This document shows positions 18,962 through 29,450 of a DNA stretch of 64,000 nucleotides, piece by piece. Positions within the stretch are counted from its first letter, which is position 1. Each line of letters starts with the position of its first letter. The notes beneath the pieces were generated by a model. It ran no database searches. It saw only the letters and a list, made by a program, of their open reading frames with translations, and was not told the DNA's origin. Both the position numbers and the translations under genes were made by a program. The stretch is from a bacterium. Lineage in GTDB: Bacteria; Vulcanimicrobiota; Xenobia; Xenobiales; Xenobiaceae. The stretch lies in assembly GCA_022839105.1 (NCBI GenBank), contig JALHDH010000004.1, forward strand, positions 2,062-66,061, written 5' to 3'.

Positions 18962-19136
18962 GGTTCCCCGACCGTTGGTAGCCTCTGACAAGAACCAGTA
19001 AATATCGGGCTTTCCTGCATCAAGCCTGTTGGTGTATACGTATGCGGACAAGAAGAGAGCCCGAGAATGCCCTGTAAAATCGGGCTTCCCGGGCTCTACC
19101 GCAGGCTAACGCGGGTGCAGTCTGAGTAAACTCGCG

Positions 19137-21398
19137 CTAGGACCCCTTGCCTTCGGGCTGGCGGCTCCGGCGCAGCAGCAGGGGGGCGGGAATCCGGGAC
19201 GTGGCGGGCGGGGCCTCCCGATCCTCCTCCACGGGCGGAGCGGCGGAGGGAGGCGGCTCAGCCGGACCGCCGGGAAGGCGCACTGGAGGGACCGGGCGGG
19301 TGGAAGGGCGCGACTCGGATGGAGTCGGCGGGACGAGGGGATGGAGGCCCTCGTCCTGGGAGCGGGGAACCGGTCCCGTGCGCGCCGGGGACGAGCCCAG
19401 GACCCGGCCCGAGGCGGTCTCGCCCAGCACCCGACCGGTGGGTTCCTTGCGCAGAGGCGAATCCTCACGGATCGAGGTCACAGGCATCTCGGTGAGCTCT
19501 GGGGGCGGCGGCGGAGCCTGGGGCAGAGGCGAAGGGCCCCGCTGCAAGGCGCTGGTCTGGCCCGGACGGCTCTCAGGCGCCAGATGGGGCAGTCGGGCGG
19601 CCGGTCGGTAGCCTCCGAGGTGGCCGGGAGGCGACGCGCCCACGGGGGAATCGCCTCGGGTCCCGGACTCGGGCGCAGCCTGGGAAGACGCGACGCCACT
19701 TGAGGTCCGTTCAGGACCTGTCGCAATCGGGGCCGCCCCCCCGACCCGTGGAGGTGGCGGGGGGGTGTAGGCCGGCGGAGGGGGCGGGGCGGGCGCCTCC
19801 TCGCCCAGGGTCCGAAATTCCAGGCTGCCGGCTCGAGGATGGCGCACTTCGAGCAGGACTTCGCCGTCTCCCCGGACCAGCCACTCCAGGGTCCTGGACT
19901 GCCTCTCGGGGGAGTCCGCAAACCACGGGGCCTGAGCCGTGGGATGGAGATGACCCGTCCCGATGCCGGACAAGGGCCCGAGCGGAACCCGGGGTGAGCC
20001 GACCAGCAGACCGCCCGCTGCGGGAGGATGGATCTCGACCATGACGGGAGTCGAAGCGGACCTCGCGCGCTCGCTGATCCAGGTCGGCAGATAACCCTCG
20101 TTGGTGATCTCCAGGACCACCTTGCGCAGCGGAGAGGGCATGCTCAAGGGCTCGTCGGAGGCCTGCGCGGCGTCGGCCCAACCCACCTGCTCCTCATGGC
20201 AGGTCGCCCTCAGATGGGGCAGGGCTCCCGCCAGGCAGAGCGCCAGATCCACGTTGCGCCGACAATCCTGGATCAACGCCTCCCCGGGCGGTGGATTCAG
20301 CCAGGTGTTCAGCAGATCCCATCCCCCGATTTCCACCGGCCCCAATTCAGGATGCTGGCACAGAGTCCAGGGAACAAAGCCGCTCCCGGCCCGCTCGCGA
20401 TCCAACCAGCGCAGGATGGCCAGAAGCTCCACCTCGGTCGGCTCTCCGGAATGCCTCTCCAGGCCCGCCACCCTGGGCAGGGACCACAGACTCGGGCGCA
20501 GGCATGGAATTCCCAGCTCCTGGTACAGCCAGTCCGCGAAATCCCCGCCCCCCGTCTCCTCCTGGAGCGGACACCCGACCATCTCTTCGGCTCTGTGTCC
20601 GAGGATCCGGATCAAGGTCCGGTCGAATTCCACGAGCCCCTCCAGGAGCGGCGTCAGGATCCGCCCCTGGGAACTCCGCAGGGAAAGGGCCAGACCCAGG
20701 TTCGGATGATGCCGGAGGAATCGGGCCACGGCCTGGGACTCGGGCTCGCTGAGGGCCCCCGAGACTTCGGGGCCGGGGAAGTTCCGGGCCAGATCCCGGT
20801 CGGGTCCGCCAGGCTCCCCCAGGAATCCCTCGCACTCCAGGCGATAGAAAGGCCCCTGCCGATCATCCGGGGCACGCCTCAAGAGAAGACGCGGGTCCCG
20901 CTTGGAGGCCTTCCAGGCACCGCGCGGATCCTTGCTGCGCATCTGCAGGATGCGGCCATCCCCATCGACATCGCCCGGGATCACCCTTCCCGCGCGTCCG
21001 GAGCCGGCCCGGACCAGCCCCCACTGCAGACTGCGCTCGGCGCCATCGGGGTCCATGCGCGGCAGGATGTAGAAGGTGCGGGTGTCCAGGAGGAAGGTCA
21101 CCAGCTCGTCGCGCCCGTGATCCGCGGCCAGTCGCTGCAACAAGGCCAAAGCCGCGACCGATCCGGCCACCTCGTCCCCCCGGACGTTGCCGTCCACCCA
21201 CAGAGCGGGCTTGAGGGAAGCGGCCCCGGTTCCCTGGTTGGTCACCTCGGCCAGCATCAAGGGGCGGCCCTCGGCCGACTCCCCGATGGTGTACAGGCAG
21301 ACCAGGTGCGGGACCGCCTCGGCGACCCTCTGCATGTAGCTGCAAAGCTCGGCAGACCTGGGATAGTGACGCGTCTCGAGAGGTGGGACGACCGGCAA
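19137..21398 (-). CDS. M14 zinc-carboxypeptidase-like protein with degenerate metal site and long Pro-rich C-terminal tail
   Basis: YTIGESAEGRPL..EVTN, KPALWVDGNVRGDE, FYILPRMDPDG, DLARNFP, SEPESQAV, HPELGPVEIGGW; probable TTG start after GGGGAG. Confidence 0.8.
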   Translation of the reverse strand: MPVVPPLETRHYPRSAELCSYMQRVAEAVPHLVCLYTIGESAEGRPLMLAEVTNQGTGAASLKPALWVDGNVRGDEVAGSVAALALLQRLAADHGRDELVTFLLDTRTFYILPRMDPDGAERSLQWGLVRAGSGRAGRVIPGDVDGDGRILQMRSKDPRGAWKASKRDPRLLLRRAPDDRQGPFYRLECEGFLGEPGGPDRDLARNFPGPEVSGALSEPESQAVARFLRHHPNLGLALSLRSSQGRILTPLLEGLVEFDRTLIRILGHRAEEMVGCPLQEETGGGDFADWLYQELGIPCLRPSLWSLPRVAGLERHSGEPTEVELLAILRWLDRERAGSGFVPWTLCQHPELGPVEIGGWDLLNTWLNPPPGEALIQDCRRNVDLALCLAGALPHLRATCHEEQVGWADAAQASDEPLSMPSPLRKVVLEITNEGYLPTWISERARSASTPVMVEIHPPAAGGLLVGSPRVPLGPLSGIGTGHLHPTAQAPWFADSPERQSRTLEWLVRGDGEVLLEVRHPRAGSLEFRTLGEEAPAPPPPPAYTPPPPPRVGGAAPIATGPERTSSGVASSQAAPESGTRGDSPVGASPPGHLGGYRPAARLPHLAPESRPGQTSALQRGPSPLPQAPPPPPELTEMPVTSIREDSPLRKEPTGRVLGETASGRVLGSSPARTGPVPRSQDEGLHPLVPPTPSESRPSTRPVPPVRLPGGPAEPPPSAAPPVEEDREAPPATSRIPAPLLLRRSRQPEGKGS

Positions 21399-21636
21399 GG
21401 CAAACTCCCCTTCAATTCCTGGGGATGCGGCCGCACCAGGACCTGCTCGGGCGGGGGTCTCGGCAGGCACCTCGTCCCAGGCACTCTTCAGGCTGCGGAG
21501 GGACCGGCCTCCGCTCCGGGCATCGAGGTCTGGAGCGACTCTCGATTTCCAGACCTCCTTCGTGCCGGCACGGGCGATCCCCTGGTCGACGGAAGCGCCG
21601 GGAGGATTCGGCGGGCCGGCCTGGGAAGGGGAACCC

Positions 21637-22389
21637 ATGAGAGCCATCACGGTGAGGGCCCTGCCCGCCCTGGACGACAACTACATCTACCTGCTCCGCG
21701 GCCCGAACGAAGAGGAGTGCGCGCTCGTCGACCCCTCCCAGGCGGCTCCCATCCTCGAGGAACTGCGCCGGCACCCCGGCCGCCTGGTCGCGATCTACCT
21801 GACCCACCACCACCATGACCATCTGGGGGGCCTGAAGGAACTGCTTGAGCGCCTGGGCCCGGTTCCCGTCCACGGCTCCCGGGTGGACCAGGCCCGCATC
21901 CCGGAAATCTCCGTTCCCCTGGAGGATGGGGACCGGATCTCCTTTGCCGGCGAAGAGGGCCAGGCCTGGCTCGTCCCGGGCCACACCCGAGGCCACCTGG
22001 CCTACCACTTTCCCCGCAGCGGACACCTCTTCAGCGGCGACACCCTCTTCGGGGCCGGCTGTGGCCGCCTCTTCGAGGGAAGCGCCGAGCAGATGCACCG
22101 ATCCCTGCAGAGGCTGGCGGGACTTCCCGACGAGACGCGGATCTGGTGCGGGCACGAGTACACCCGGGCCAACCTGCGCTTTGCCCGCACCGTGGACCCC
22201 GACAACGCCGAGCTGGCCGAGAGGGAGAAGCGCTGGGCTCCTCCCACGGTCCCCCTGGAGATGGGCCTGGAGAAGCGCACCAACCCGTTCCTGCGCTGCG
22301 CCGAGCCGGCCCTGCAGCGGGCCACCGGCAAGTGCGCTCCGGTGGAGGTCTTCGCCGAGTTGCGCCAGAGGAAGGATCGCTTCTCCTGA
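21637..22389 (+). CDS. gloB: Hydroxyacylglutathione hydrolase (glyoxalase II)
   Basis: PALDDNYIYLL, THHHHDHLGG, PGHTRGH, FSGDTLFGAGCGRLFEG, CGHEYT, EKRTNPFLR. Confidence 0.93.
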   Translation: MRAITVRALPALDDNYIYLLRGPNEEECALVDPSQAAPILEELRRHPGRLVAIYLTHHHHDHLGGLKELLERLGPVPVHGSRVDQARIPEISVPLEDGDRISFAGEEGQAWLVPGHTRGHLAYHFPRSGHLFSGDTLFGAGCGRLFEGSAEQMHRSLQRLAGLPDETRIWCGHEYTRANLRFARTVDPDNAELAEREKRWAPPTVPLEMGLEKRTNPFLRCAEPALQRATGKCAPVEVFAELRQRKDRFS

Positions 22390-22432
22390 AAGCTCTTCCC
22401 GAGGTGCCCGGAGCCCGGTCCGAACCCGCGAC

Positions 22433-24196
22433 TCAGAAGGAGGGGACCCCTCCCGCCAGGCCGACGAAGGCGTCCAGGGGATCCGGCGCCTGACGGGCCG
22501 CCTCCAGGACCAGGCTGGTCCCCTTCTCTCCGGTCGCCAGGTGGACCCGATCGCAAAGCTCCAGCAGGATCGAATACCCCAGCCCCAACGAGGGGGCGGT
22601 GGAGAAGCCGGGCATCAGGACGGCCCGCGGAAGGTTCGCAAAGGCGATGCCCGGCCCCACGTCGTCCAGGCGCAGGCGGACCGCAGCCTCGTCGGCGCGC
22701 ACCTCGAGCCGGCCGGGAGGGCCGTACTTCACCACGTTGGTGGCCGCCTCCGAGACGCAGGTGACCATGTTGAAGATCGTCTCGGGCGAGAGCTCCTGCT
22801 CCTGCATGCACTTCTCGACGCTCCTCCGGGCCAGCGGAACGTCCGCCTTGTGCACCAGGGGAATGGAATCGAGAAGCTCCCCGCACCCATCCCAGTGGGC
22901 CTCGAGCTCCTCCTGCTCGCAGAGGATCAGTTTGCCCCGAGTGACCGCCTGCAGGGCATCCCTGTAGAACTGGCGGCGCGTGGCCTCCTCCTCCAGTCGC
23001 GACTCCACCCAGCGGGCATTCTGCAGGGCCATTCCGGCCTGGGCCCCGACCGAGATCAAGAGCGAGTTCTTCTCGCGGTTCATGGACTCGCCCTGGGTGG
23101 CCAGGACCCACAAGAAGCCGATCCTCTGGCTCCCGGCCGAGAGGGGGACACAGGCCAGGCCGGTATAGCCCTCCAACTGGACGATCCCGGCTGCCGGGTC
23201 GGGATCCTTCTCGGGATCCTTGACCACCCGGATGTTCTGATTGGGCATCAGGCGCTCGCAGAAGCCGGCGATGGCCTGCTCCAGGCGGGGGGAGAGCAGG
23301 GCACCCTCATGCAGATCCGATCGGGACGGGTCCTCGAGCCAGCGGATCCCGACGGCAGCGTAGTCCCCCAGGCTGCGAGCGGCCTTCAGGACGGCGTGGA
23401 CCACGTCGCAGACCCCGAAGGCCTGGCTGAGGGCGGAAGCCAGGCTGTAGAGGGTCACCAGGCTCCGGCTGGCCTCCAGCTCGGCCTCGGTCCGACAGGA
23501 ATCCAGGCGGACCAGGGCCGAGGTTCCCAGGTAGGCTCCCTCGGGTCCGAAGCGAGGGGTGGGGTCCACTTCGACGATGGGTCCTCGACGGAGCTGAACC
23601 AGGAACGGGGCGATCACCCCACCGCGCTGCTGCTCGCGAACCGCCCGCAGGCAGAGCACGTCGCGCTCCTCGACCAGCTCCTCCAGGCGCATGCCTTCCA
23701 GGCGTTCCTCCCGGACGACCCGCCGGATGGCTGCGTTGGACCAGCGGATCGAATCGTCGGGGCCCAGTTCCAGGAGGCCATCGCCGATGCGGTTGAGGAG
23801 CTTTCGATAGCGCTCGTGCACGGGGGCCTCACTGCTCTGCAGCTCCCACCAGGTCCCACAGGCCTGCAGAAGCTGGCGGGCGAATTTCAGGCTGCCGAAG
23901 CGGGTCCGCCCCAGGTAGGGGACCTCGTCCTCCAGGCCGGATCCGGCCCGCGGCCGGAAGAAGAGGGGAATCTCCAGGCCCGATTGGGCCGCCCGGGCCA
24001 GGACATCGGAATGCCCCCGCAAAGCCGCCGAGACCAGGACCAGATCCGCTCCGACCTCCTCGAGCAGGGTCCGGGCCGAACTGGCCCGGGCGCGATGCAG
24101 GACCCGCCCCCGGCGGGCCGCCAGGAGCTCTCCGAGAGAGCGCCGGCGCCGGGGACTGGCGTCAACCAGCAGGGTCTGAAACCGCGAGACAGGCAA
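22433..24196 (-). CDS. Sensor protein: receiver-like, PAS, GAF and RsbT/RsbW-type HATPase (anti-sigma Ser/Thr kinase) domains
   Basis: PAS IGDGLLELGPDDSIRWSN; GAF with QAGMALQNA; kinase VSEAATNVVKYG, DDVGPGI, GFSTAPSLGLG. Confidence 0.75.
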   Translation of the reverse strand: MPVSRFQTLLVDASPRRRRSLGELLAARRGRVLHRARASSARTLLEEVGADLVLVSAALRGHSDVLARAAQSGLEIPLFFRPRAGSGLEDEVPYLGRTRFGSLKFARQLLQACGTWWELQSSEAPVHERYRKLLNRIGDGLLELGPDDSIRWSNAAIRRVVREERLEGMRLEELVEERDVLCLRAVREQQRGGVIAPFLVQLRRGPIVEVDPTPRFGPEGAYLGTSALVRLDSCRTEAELEASRSLVTLYSLASALSQAFGVCDVVHAVLKAARSLGDYAAVGIRWLEDPSRSDLHEGALLSPRLEQAIAGFCERLMPNQNIRVVKDPEKDPDPAAGIVQLEGYTGLACVPLSAGSQRIGFLWVLATQGESMNREKNSLLISVGAQAGMALQNARWVESRLEEEATRRQFYRDALQAVTRGKLILCEQEELEAHWDGCGELLDSIPLVHKADVPLARRSVEKCMQEQELSPETIFNMVTCVSEAATNVVKYGPPGRLEVRADEAAVRLRLDDVGPGIAFANLPRAVLMPGFSTAPSLGLGYSILLELCDRVHLATGEKGTSLVLEAARQAPDPLDAFVGLAGGVPSF

Positions 24197-24387
24197 GCGC
24201 GGGGGGTCTTCTCGTCCCGCCGAAACAGTCCTGTCCCGGAGGGCTCCGGTTCAATCCAGGAAAAGGAAGAAGCCTCTCCTGGTGGGGGAAGGTGGACCAG
24301 TCGAGGCTTGAGCTCAAGATAGCACCCGCTCCCGAAACGCGCTACCCCTAAATCCAACTATCCGTCTCGGGCACTAGGACAAATCTC

Positions 24388-25143
24388 CTATCCCAACATG
24401 GCCTTCCAGTATTCCTTGCGCATCCTGGCGATATGGTGGATCGAGACCTCCTTGGGACAGACCGCCTCACACTCGCCGTGGTTGGTGCAGTTTCCAAAGC
24501 CCTCGAGATCCATCTGGCGGACCATGCTGGCCACCCGGCGCCGGGCCTCGGGACGGCCCTGGGGGAGATAGGCCAACTGGGAAACCTTGGCGGAGGTGAA
24601 CAGGAACGCCGAGGCGTTGGGGCAGGCGGCCACGCAGGCCCCGCACCCGATGCAGGAGGCCGCGTCCATGGCGTTCTCGGCATCGTCCTTGGGGATCGGG
24701 ATGGCGTTTCCGTCCGGAGCTGATCCCGCATTCTGGGAGACGAAGCCCCCCGCCTGGATGATCCGATCCAGGGCGGTGCGATCCACCACCAGATCGCGAA
24801 GCACCGGGAAGGCTGCAGCCCGGAACGGCTCGACCTCGATGGTCTGCCCATCCTGGAAATGCCGCATCCGCAGGGTGCAGGTGGTCGTGGCCGAGAGCGG
24901 ACCGTGGGCCACCCCGGTGATCACCAGGCCGCACATCCCACAGATCCCTTCGCGGCAGTCGCTGTCGAACTCGACGGGACGCTCTCCCTTCCGGGTCAAC
25001 TGCACGTTCAACTCGTCCAGCATCTCCAGGAAGGACATCTCCGGCGAGATGTCCACCACCTTGTAATCCACCAACCGGCCAGGCTCCTGTGGGCCTTCCT
25101 GACGCCAGACCCGAAGGTTGAAGGACATGCTCTGGGTGCTCAT
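24388..25143 (-). CDS. sdhB: Succinate dehydrogenase/fumarate reductase Fe-S subunit
   Basis: [39 protein letters not shown]. Confidence 0.95.
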   Translation of the reverse strand: MSTQSMSFNLRVWRQEGPQEPGRLVDYKVVDISPEMSFLEMLDELNVQLTRKGERPVEFDSDCREGICGMCGLVITGVAHGPLSATTTCTLRMRHFQDGQTIEVEPFRAAAFPVLRDLVVDRTALDRIIQAGGFVSQNAGSAPDGNAIPIPKDDAENAMDAASCIGCGACVAACPNASAFLFTSAKVSQLAYLPQGRPEARRRVASMVRQMDLEGFGNCTNHGECEAVCPKEVSIHHIARMRKEYWKAMLG

Positions 25144-25155
25144 GGCGTGCTCCTG

Positions 25156-27111
25156 CTACTTGTAGCTGCGCTGCCCGGGCTGCACGTGCTCGAACTTGAG
25201 GTTCTCCTTGTGCAGGCGGGGGCGTTGAAGATCCCCGGTGTACTCCCACGCGGCCACGTAGGTGAAGCGCTCGTCGTCGCGCAGGGCCTCGCCCTCGGGG
25301 GTCCGGAACTCCTCGCGGAAATGGCCGCCGCAGGACTCCTCGCGATGCAGGGCGTCCATGGCCAGCAACTCCGCGAACTCCAGGTAGTCGGCCACCCGGA
25401 TCGCCATCTCCAGGCTCCTGTTGAGTTCCCTCTCGCCACCTGGGATGCAGACCTCCTGCCAGAAGGACTTGCGGAGGTCCCGGATCTCCTCGAGCGCCTG
25501 GTTCAGGCCCGAGGCCTCCCGGCTCATGCCGACCCGCTCCCAGCAGATATGGCCCAGACGGCGCCACAGGTCGCGAACCGGCTCCTTGCCTGCCACCTCG
25601 AGCAGGCTCTGGATGCCCTGCCGAACCTCGGCCGCGGCCTGGGCGAAGGCCTCATGCTCGGTGGAGATCGGCTGGGGACGCCACTCGGCGAGGTAGGCTC
25701 CCAGGGTATAGGGGATCACGAAGTAGCCGTCGGCCAGGCCCTGCATCAGGGCGCTGGCGCCCAGGCGGTTGGCCCCGTGATCCGAAAAGTTCGCCTCGCC
25801 CAGGGCGAAGAGGCCCGGAATGGTGGTCATGAGGTTGTAGTCCACCCAGAGCCCGCCCATCGTGTAGTGGGGCGCCGGATAGATCCGCATGGGGACCCGA
25901 TAGGGATCCTCGGCGGTGATCTCCTCATACATGTGGAAGAGGTTTCCGTAGCGTTCGGCGATGACCGGCCGGCCCAGACGCTCGAGGGCGGCCTGGAAGT
26001 CCAGGAAGACGGCCCGGCCGGTCTTGCCCACCCCCTTGCCTTCGTCGCACATCCGCTTGGCCGCGCGCGAGGCGATGTCCCGGGGGACCAGGTTCCCGAA
26101 GGCCGGGTAGATCCGCTCGAGGTAATAATCCCTCTCGGATTCGGGGATCTCCGCCGCCGAGCGGTGGTCTCCGGCCTTGGCAGGAACCCAGACCCGCCCA
26201 TCGTTGCGCAGGCTCTCGCTCATCAAGGTCAGCTTGGACTGGGTTTCGGCCTCCTGCGGGATGCAGGTCGGGTGGATCTGGGTGAAGCAGGGGTTGGCGA
26301 AGAAGGCGCCGCGCTTGTGACACCTCCAGGCCGCCGAGTTATTGCAGTTGACGGCGTTGGTCGACAGATAGAAGACCGTCGAGTAGCCGCCGGTGGCGAG
26401 CAGGACCGCGTCCCCGGCATAGGTCTCGAGCTCGCCGGTCACCAGGTTGCGGCAGACGATCCCCCGGGCCCGCCCGTCGACCAGCACCAGGTCCAGCATC
26501 TCGCGCCGGGCCAGCATCGTGACGGTGCCCGCCGCGACCTGGCGCATCAACGAGCCATAGGCTCCCAGCAACAACTGCTGGCCGGTCTGCCCCCGGGCGT
26601 AGAAGGTCCGGGAGACCTGGGCCCCCCCGAAGGAGCGATTGGCCAGGGTGCCGCCATACTCGCGGGCGAAGGGCACCCCCTGAGCCACGCACTGATCGAT
26701 GATGGCGCCGGAAAGCTCGGCGAGCCGGTACACGTTGGCCTCGCGGGCCCGGAAGTCTCCGCCCTTGACCGTGTCGTAGAAGAGCCGGAAATCCGAGTCC
26801 CCGTCGTTCTGGTAGTTCTTCGAGGCGTTGATGCCGCCCTGGGCGGCCACCGAATGGGCCCGGCGCGGACTGTCCTGGATGCAGAAGTTCAGGACCCGAT
26901 AGCCCAGTTCGCCCAGGGCAGCCGCCGCGGCCCCCCCGGCAAGACCCGTTCCGACCACCAGGATCGTGTGCTTGCGCTTGTTGGCGGGCGAGACCAGGGA
27001 GACATGGCCCCGATGGTCCGTCCACTTGCGCTCCAGGGGGCCCGGGGGAATCCGGGCGTCCAGGATTCGGGCCGATTCCTCGGGTGGGGCATTGAGGAAG
27101 GTCTGGTTCAC
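25156..27111 (-). CDS. sdhA: Succinate dehydrogenase/fumarate reductase flavoprotein subunit
   Basis: [57 protein letters not shown]; GTG start overlaps the sdhC stop. Confidence 0.96.
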   Translation of the reverse strand: MNQTFLNAPPEESARILDARIPPGPLERKWTDHRGHVSLVSPANKRKHTILVVGTGLAGGAAAAALGELGYRVLNFCIQDSPRRAHSVAAQGGINASKNYQNDGDSDFRLFYDTVKGGDFRAREANVYRLAELSGAIIDQCVAQGVPFAREYGGTLANRSFGGAQVSRTFYARGQTGQQLLLGAYGSLMRQVAAGTVTMLARREMLDLVLVDGRARGIVCRNLVTGELETYAGDAVLLATGGYSTVFYLSTNAVNCNNSAAWRCHKRGAFFANPCFTQIHPTCIPQEAETQSKLTLMSESLRNDGRVWVPAKAGDHRSAAEIPESERDYYLERIYPAFGNLVPRDIASRAAKRMCDEGKGVGKTGRAVFLDFQAALERLGRPVIAERYGNLFHMYEEITAEDPYRVPMRIYPAPHYTMGGLWVDYNLMTTIPGLFALGEANFSDHGANRLGASALMQGLADGYFVIPYTLGAYLAEWRPQPISTEHEAFAQAAAEVRQGIQSLLEVAGKEPVRDLWRRLGHICWERVGMSREASGLNQALEEIRDLRKSFWQEVCIPGGERELNRSLEMAIRVADYLEFAELLAMDALHREESCGGHFREEFRTPEGEALRDDERFTYVAAWEYTGDLQRPRLHKENLKFEHVQPGQRSYK

Positions 27112-27857
27112 CGGGCACCTCCGAGGGTGGACGGCGCGGACTGGAAGGGACCGGCCGGGTCCACCACGGCATAGATGTAGACGGGCAGGACGAGGAAGCC
27201 CAGGGCCAGCAGGACCGCCAGCACGGCCCCCAGGATGAAGAGGGCGCGCCGCAGGGGGGTGTTGATCGTCCCCAGGGTCTGGAAGGCGCTCCAGATCCCG
27301 TGGCGCAGGTGGAATCCCAGAAGGGCCATCACGAAGAGGTAGATCCCCATCCAGAGCGGGGTGTGGAAGGCCTCGACCACGGTCCGGTACACGTCCCGGA
27401 CGGGATGGGCGCTGCCGGCCGACTCGGCGGTCACATGCCAGTCGAAGCCGACGCCGAAGCGGAACTGGGCCACGTGCAGGACCAGGAAGGCCAGCAGGAT
27501 CAGACCCGTCACCACCATGGTCCGGCTGGACAGGGTCTGGTGGCTGCGTCCCCCGGCCGGGCGGCTGACCGCATAGCCCTGGGTCCGGCCGCGCCGGTTC
27601 TGCAGGGTGGCGCTCAGGGCCGTCAGGGCGTGAACCCCGAACAGGACCAGCAAGGCCAGCTCGCCGAAGGGCCGAAGCCCCCCGTGCAGCGCCGTCTCCA
27701 GGAAGTAGGCGTAGTCGTTCATCGCCTGGTTGCCCATGAACAGGGTGAGGTTCCCCACCAGGTGCACGATCACGAAACCAACCAGGCAGATTCCCGTCAA
27801 GGCGGTCCAGAACTTCCTGCCGACGGTGCTCCAGTACAAGGACACGAAGGTGTTCAT
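27108..27857 (-). CDS. sdhC: Succinate dehydrogenase cytochrome b subunit (single-anchor type)
   Basis: [52 protein letters not shown] (heme-ligating His residues). Confidence 0.92.
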   Translation of the reverse strand: MNTFVSLYWSTVGRKFWTALTGICLVGFVIVHLVGNLTLFMGNQAMNDYAYFLETALHGGLRPFGELALLVLFGVHALTALSATLQNRRGRTQGYAVSRPAGGRSHQTLSSRTMVVTGLILLAFLVLHVAQFRFGVGFDWHVTAESAGSAHPVRDVYRTVVEAFHTPLWMGIYLFVMALLGFHLRHGIWSAFQTLGTINTPLRRALFILGAVLAVLLALGFLVLPVYIYAVVDPAGPFQSAPSTLGGAR

Positions 27858-27998
27858 AGTCGGCCGCGCCCGGGCTCCTTTCCACAAACAAGACCCGTGC
27901 CCCGGGGGACACGGTCCAGGCTCCCCCCCTTCCCTCCGCAGCCAGGGGTTCCTCCTGGGTTCACAGGGGCCTCCCCACCGAGCGGGAATGAGGAGCAG

Positions 27999-29342
27999 GT
28001 GAGACTCCCCCGACCCTTCCTGACGCTCCTGCTGCTCGTCCTGGGACTCCCGCTGCTCTGGCCCCATCCGGGTGCCCCGGCACCCTCCGACGAGGTCCCC
28101 GTCCAGGTCCGCCTGCAGGCCGACCTGGCCCTCCGGCTGATCCGTCTGGCCGACCTGGCGGAAGGCGAGTTGCCCCCCCCCTCGCGCACGAACCTCGAGA
28201 CGCTCGCCCTGTCCATGCTGGATCAGGGCCTGGCCCACCGACCGGAGAACCCCGACCTCCTGCTCCGCCGCGCCCTGCTCTCGGCTCGCGCCGGGAACCT
28301 CCCCGAAGCCCTCGCGCTTCTCTCGGAGATCCAGGATCCAGGCCCGACGATCTCCGCGATCCAGAGAGCCTGGAAGCAGGGGCGGCCGGGCCTGGACCGG
28401 ACGGACTCGATCCGGGAATCCCTGGATGGCTACGCCCTCTACCTGGCCCTGAACCAGACCGGCTGCGTGGAGGCCGCCCAGGCCCTGCGCCCCGAGCAGG
28501 AGGCTCGCGCCAGGAAGGACCTCGGTCTGCTGGCTCTTCTGGCCGGCCTGACCCTGATCAGCCTGAGCCTGGGAACGGCGGCCTGGATCGGGATGCCCTG
28601 GGTGATCCGTCAGCGCCCCCTTCAAGGCGGACCTCCTCACCCCACCCGCTGGGATCCTCTGGGGGCCCTGGCCTGCCTGGTGGGCTTCCAGGTGCTGGTG
28701 GCCCTGTTCGGAGGGAGCCTGTTCACGGCCCTGGGCGCCCTGGGGCTCTCGAAGATCGCCACGGGGGTGGCCACCCAGATCCTGATCTATCTGCTGGCCC
28801 TGGCCGGACTGGCCCGACTCCTCCCCCGCCTGGCCCGACCGGAGGGAGCCTGCAGGCCGATCGCTCTTCTGGGGCTCTCCCGGCCCCGGGGTCGGGATCT
28901 CCTGGCCGGCCTGATCGGCTTCTGGATGGCCCTCCCCGCCGTGCTGGCGGCCTCCTGGGCCACCTCTGCGATCCTGGGGCATTCCCCGGTTTCCTCCAAC
29001 CCTGCCCTGGAGAGGATCCTGAGTGCCTCTCCGGGAGAGCTCCTCGCCCTGGGCGTCCTGATCGCACTGGCCGCTCCCCTCTTCGAGGAGATCCTCTTTC
29101 GCGGGGTGCTCTTCGGGGGACTGCGCCGGCCCCTGGGGCCTTGGGGAGCCGGGCTGGTCAGCTCGGTGCTCTTCGCCCTGCTGCACGGGGATCCTCAGGC
29201 CAGGCTGGTCCTGGCGGTGCTGGGGGGGATCTTCGCGGCGCTCTACCACAAGACCGGCAGCCTCTGGCCGGCGGTGCTGGCCCACGCCCTGTGGAACGGG
29301 GCCACCGTGACGGCAATGCTCGTGCTCATGGCCAATCGCTGA
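27999..29342 (+). CDS. CPBP (CAAX/Abi) intramembrane metalloprotease with N-terminal TPR-like domain
   Basis: APLFEEILFRG, FALLH, HALWN; GTG start after GAGGAG. Confidence 0.9.
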   Translation: MRLPRPFLTLLLLVLGLPLLWPHPGAPAPSDEVPVQVRLQADLALRLIRLADLAEGELPPPSRTNLETLALSMLDQGLAHRPENPDLLLRRALLSARAGNLPEALALLSEIQDPGPTISAIQRAWKQGRPGLDRTDSIRESLDGYALYLALNQTGCVEAAQALRPEQEARARKDLGLLALLAGLTLISLSLGTAAWIGMPWVIRQRPLQGGPPHPTRWDPLGALACLVGFQVLVALFGGSLFTALGALGLSKIATGVATQILIYLLALAGLARLLPRLARPEGACRPIALLGLSRPRGRDLLAGLIGFWMALPAVLAASWATSAILGHSPVSSNPALERILSASPGELLALGVLIALAAPLFEEILFRGVLFGGLRRPLGPWGAGLVSSVLFALLHGDPQARLVLAVLGGIFAALYHKTGSLWPAVLAHALWNGATVTAMLVLMANR

Positions 29343-29450
29343 CGAACCCGCCTTCAAGGCGCCCCTCGAAAACCGGACGGACGACCGGGAGGACAAGCTT
29401 CCGAAAGACGATGAGGACTGCGCCGGAAGCCGAAGTCGCGGGCAGACGGG

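Noticed and set aside
18409-19051. Predicted ORFs spanning the 18.4-19.1 kb intergenic region
   Set aside because: Atypical composition, no SD, and they overlap the promoter, terminator and RNA structures.
24244-24258. GGTTCAATCC resembling a tRNA T-loop
   Set aside because: The T-stem does not pair beyond one base, and no D-arm, anticodon arm or acceptor stem can be built.
29398-29420. GAAA...GATGA resembling a hammerhead ribozyme core
   Set aside because: The core reads ACGATGA rather than CTGATGA, and the three flanking helices are absent.
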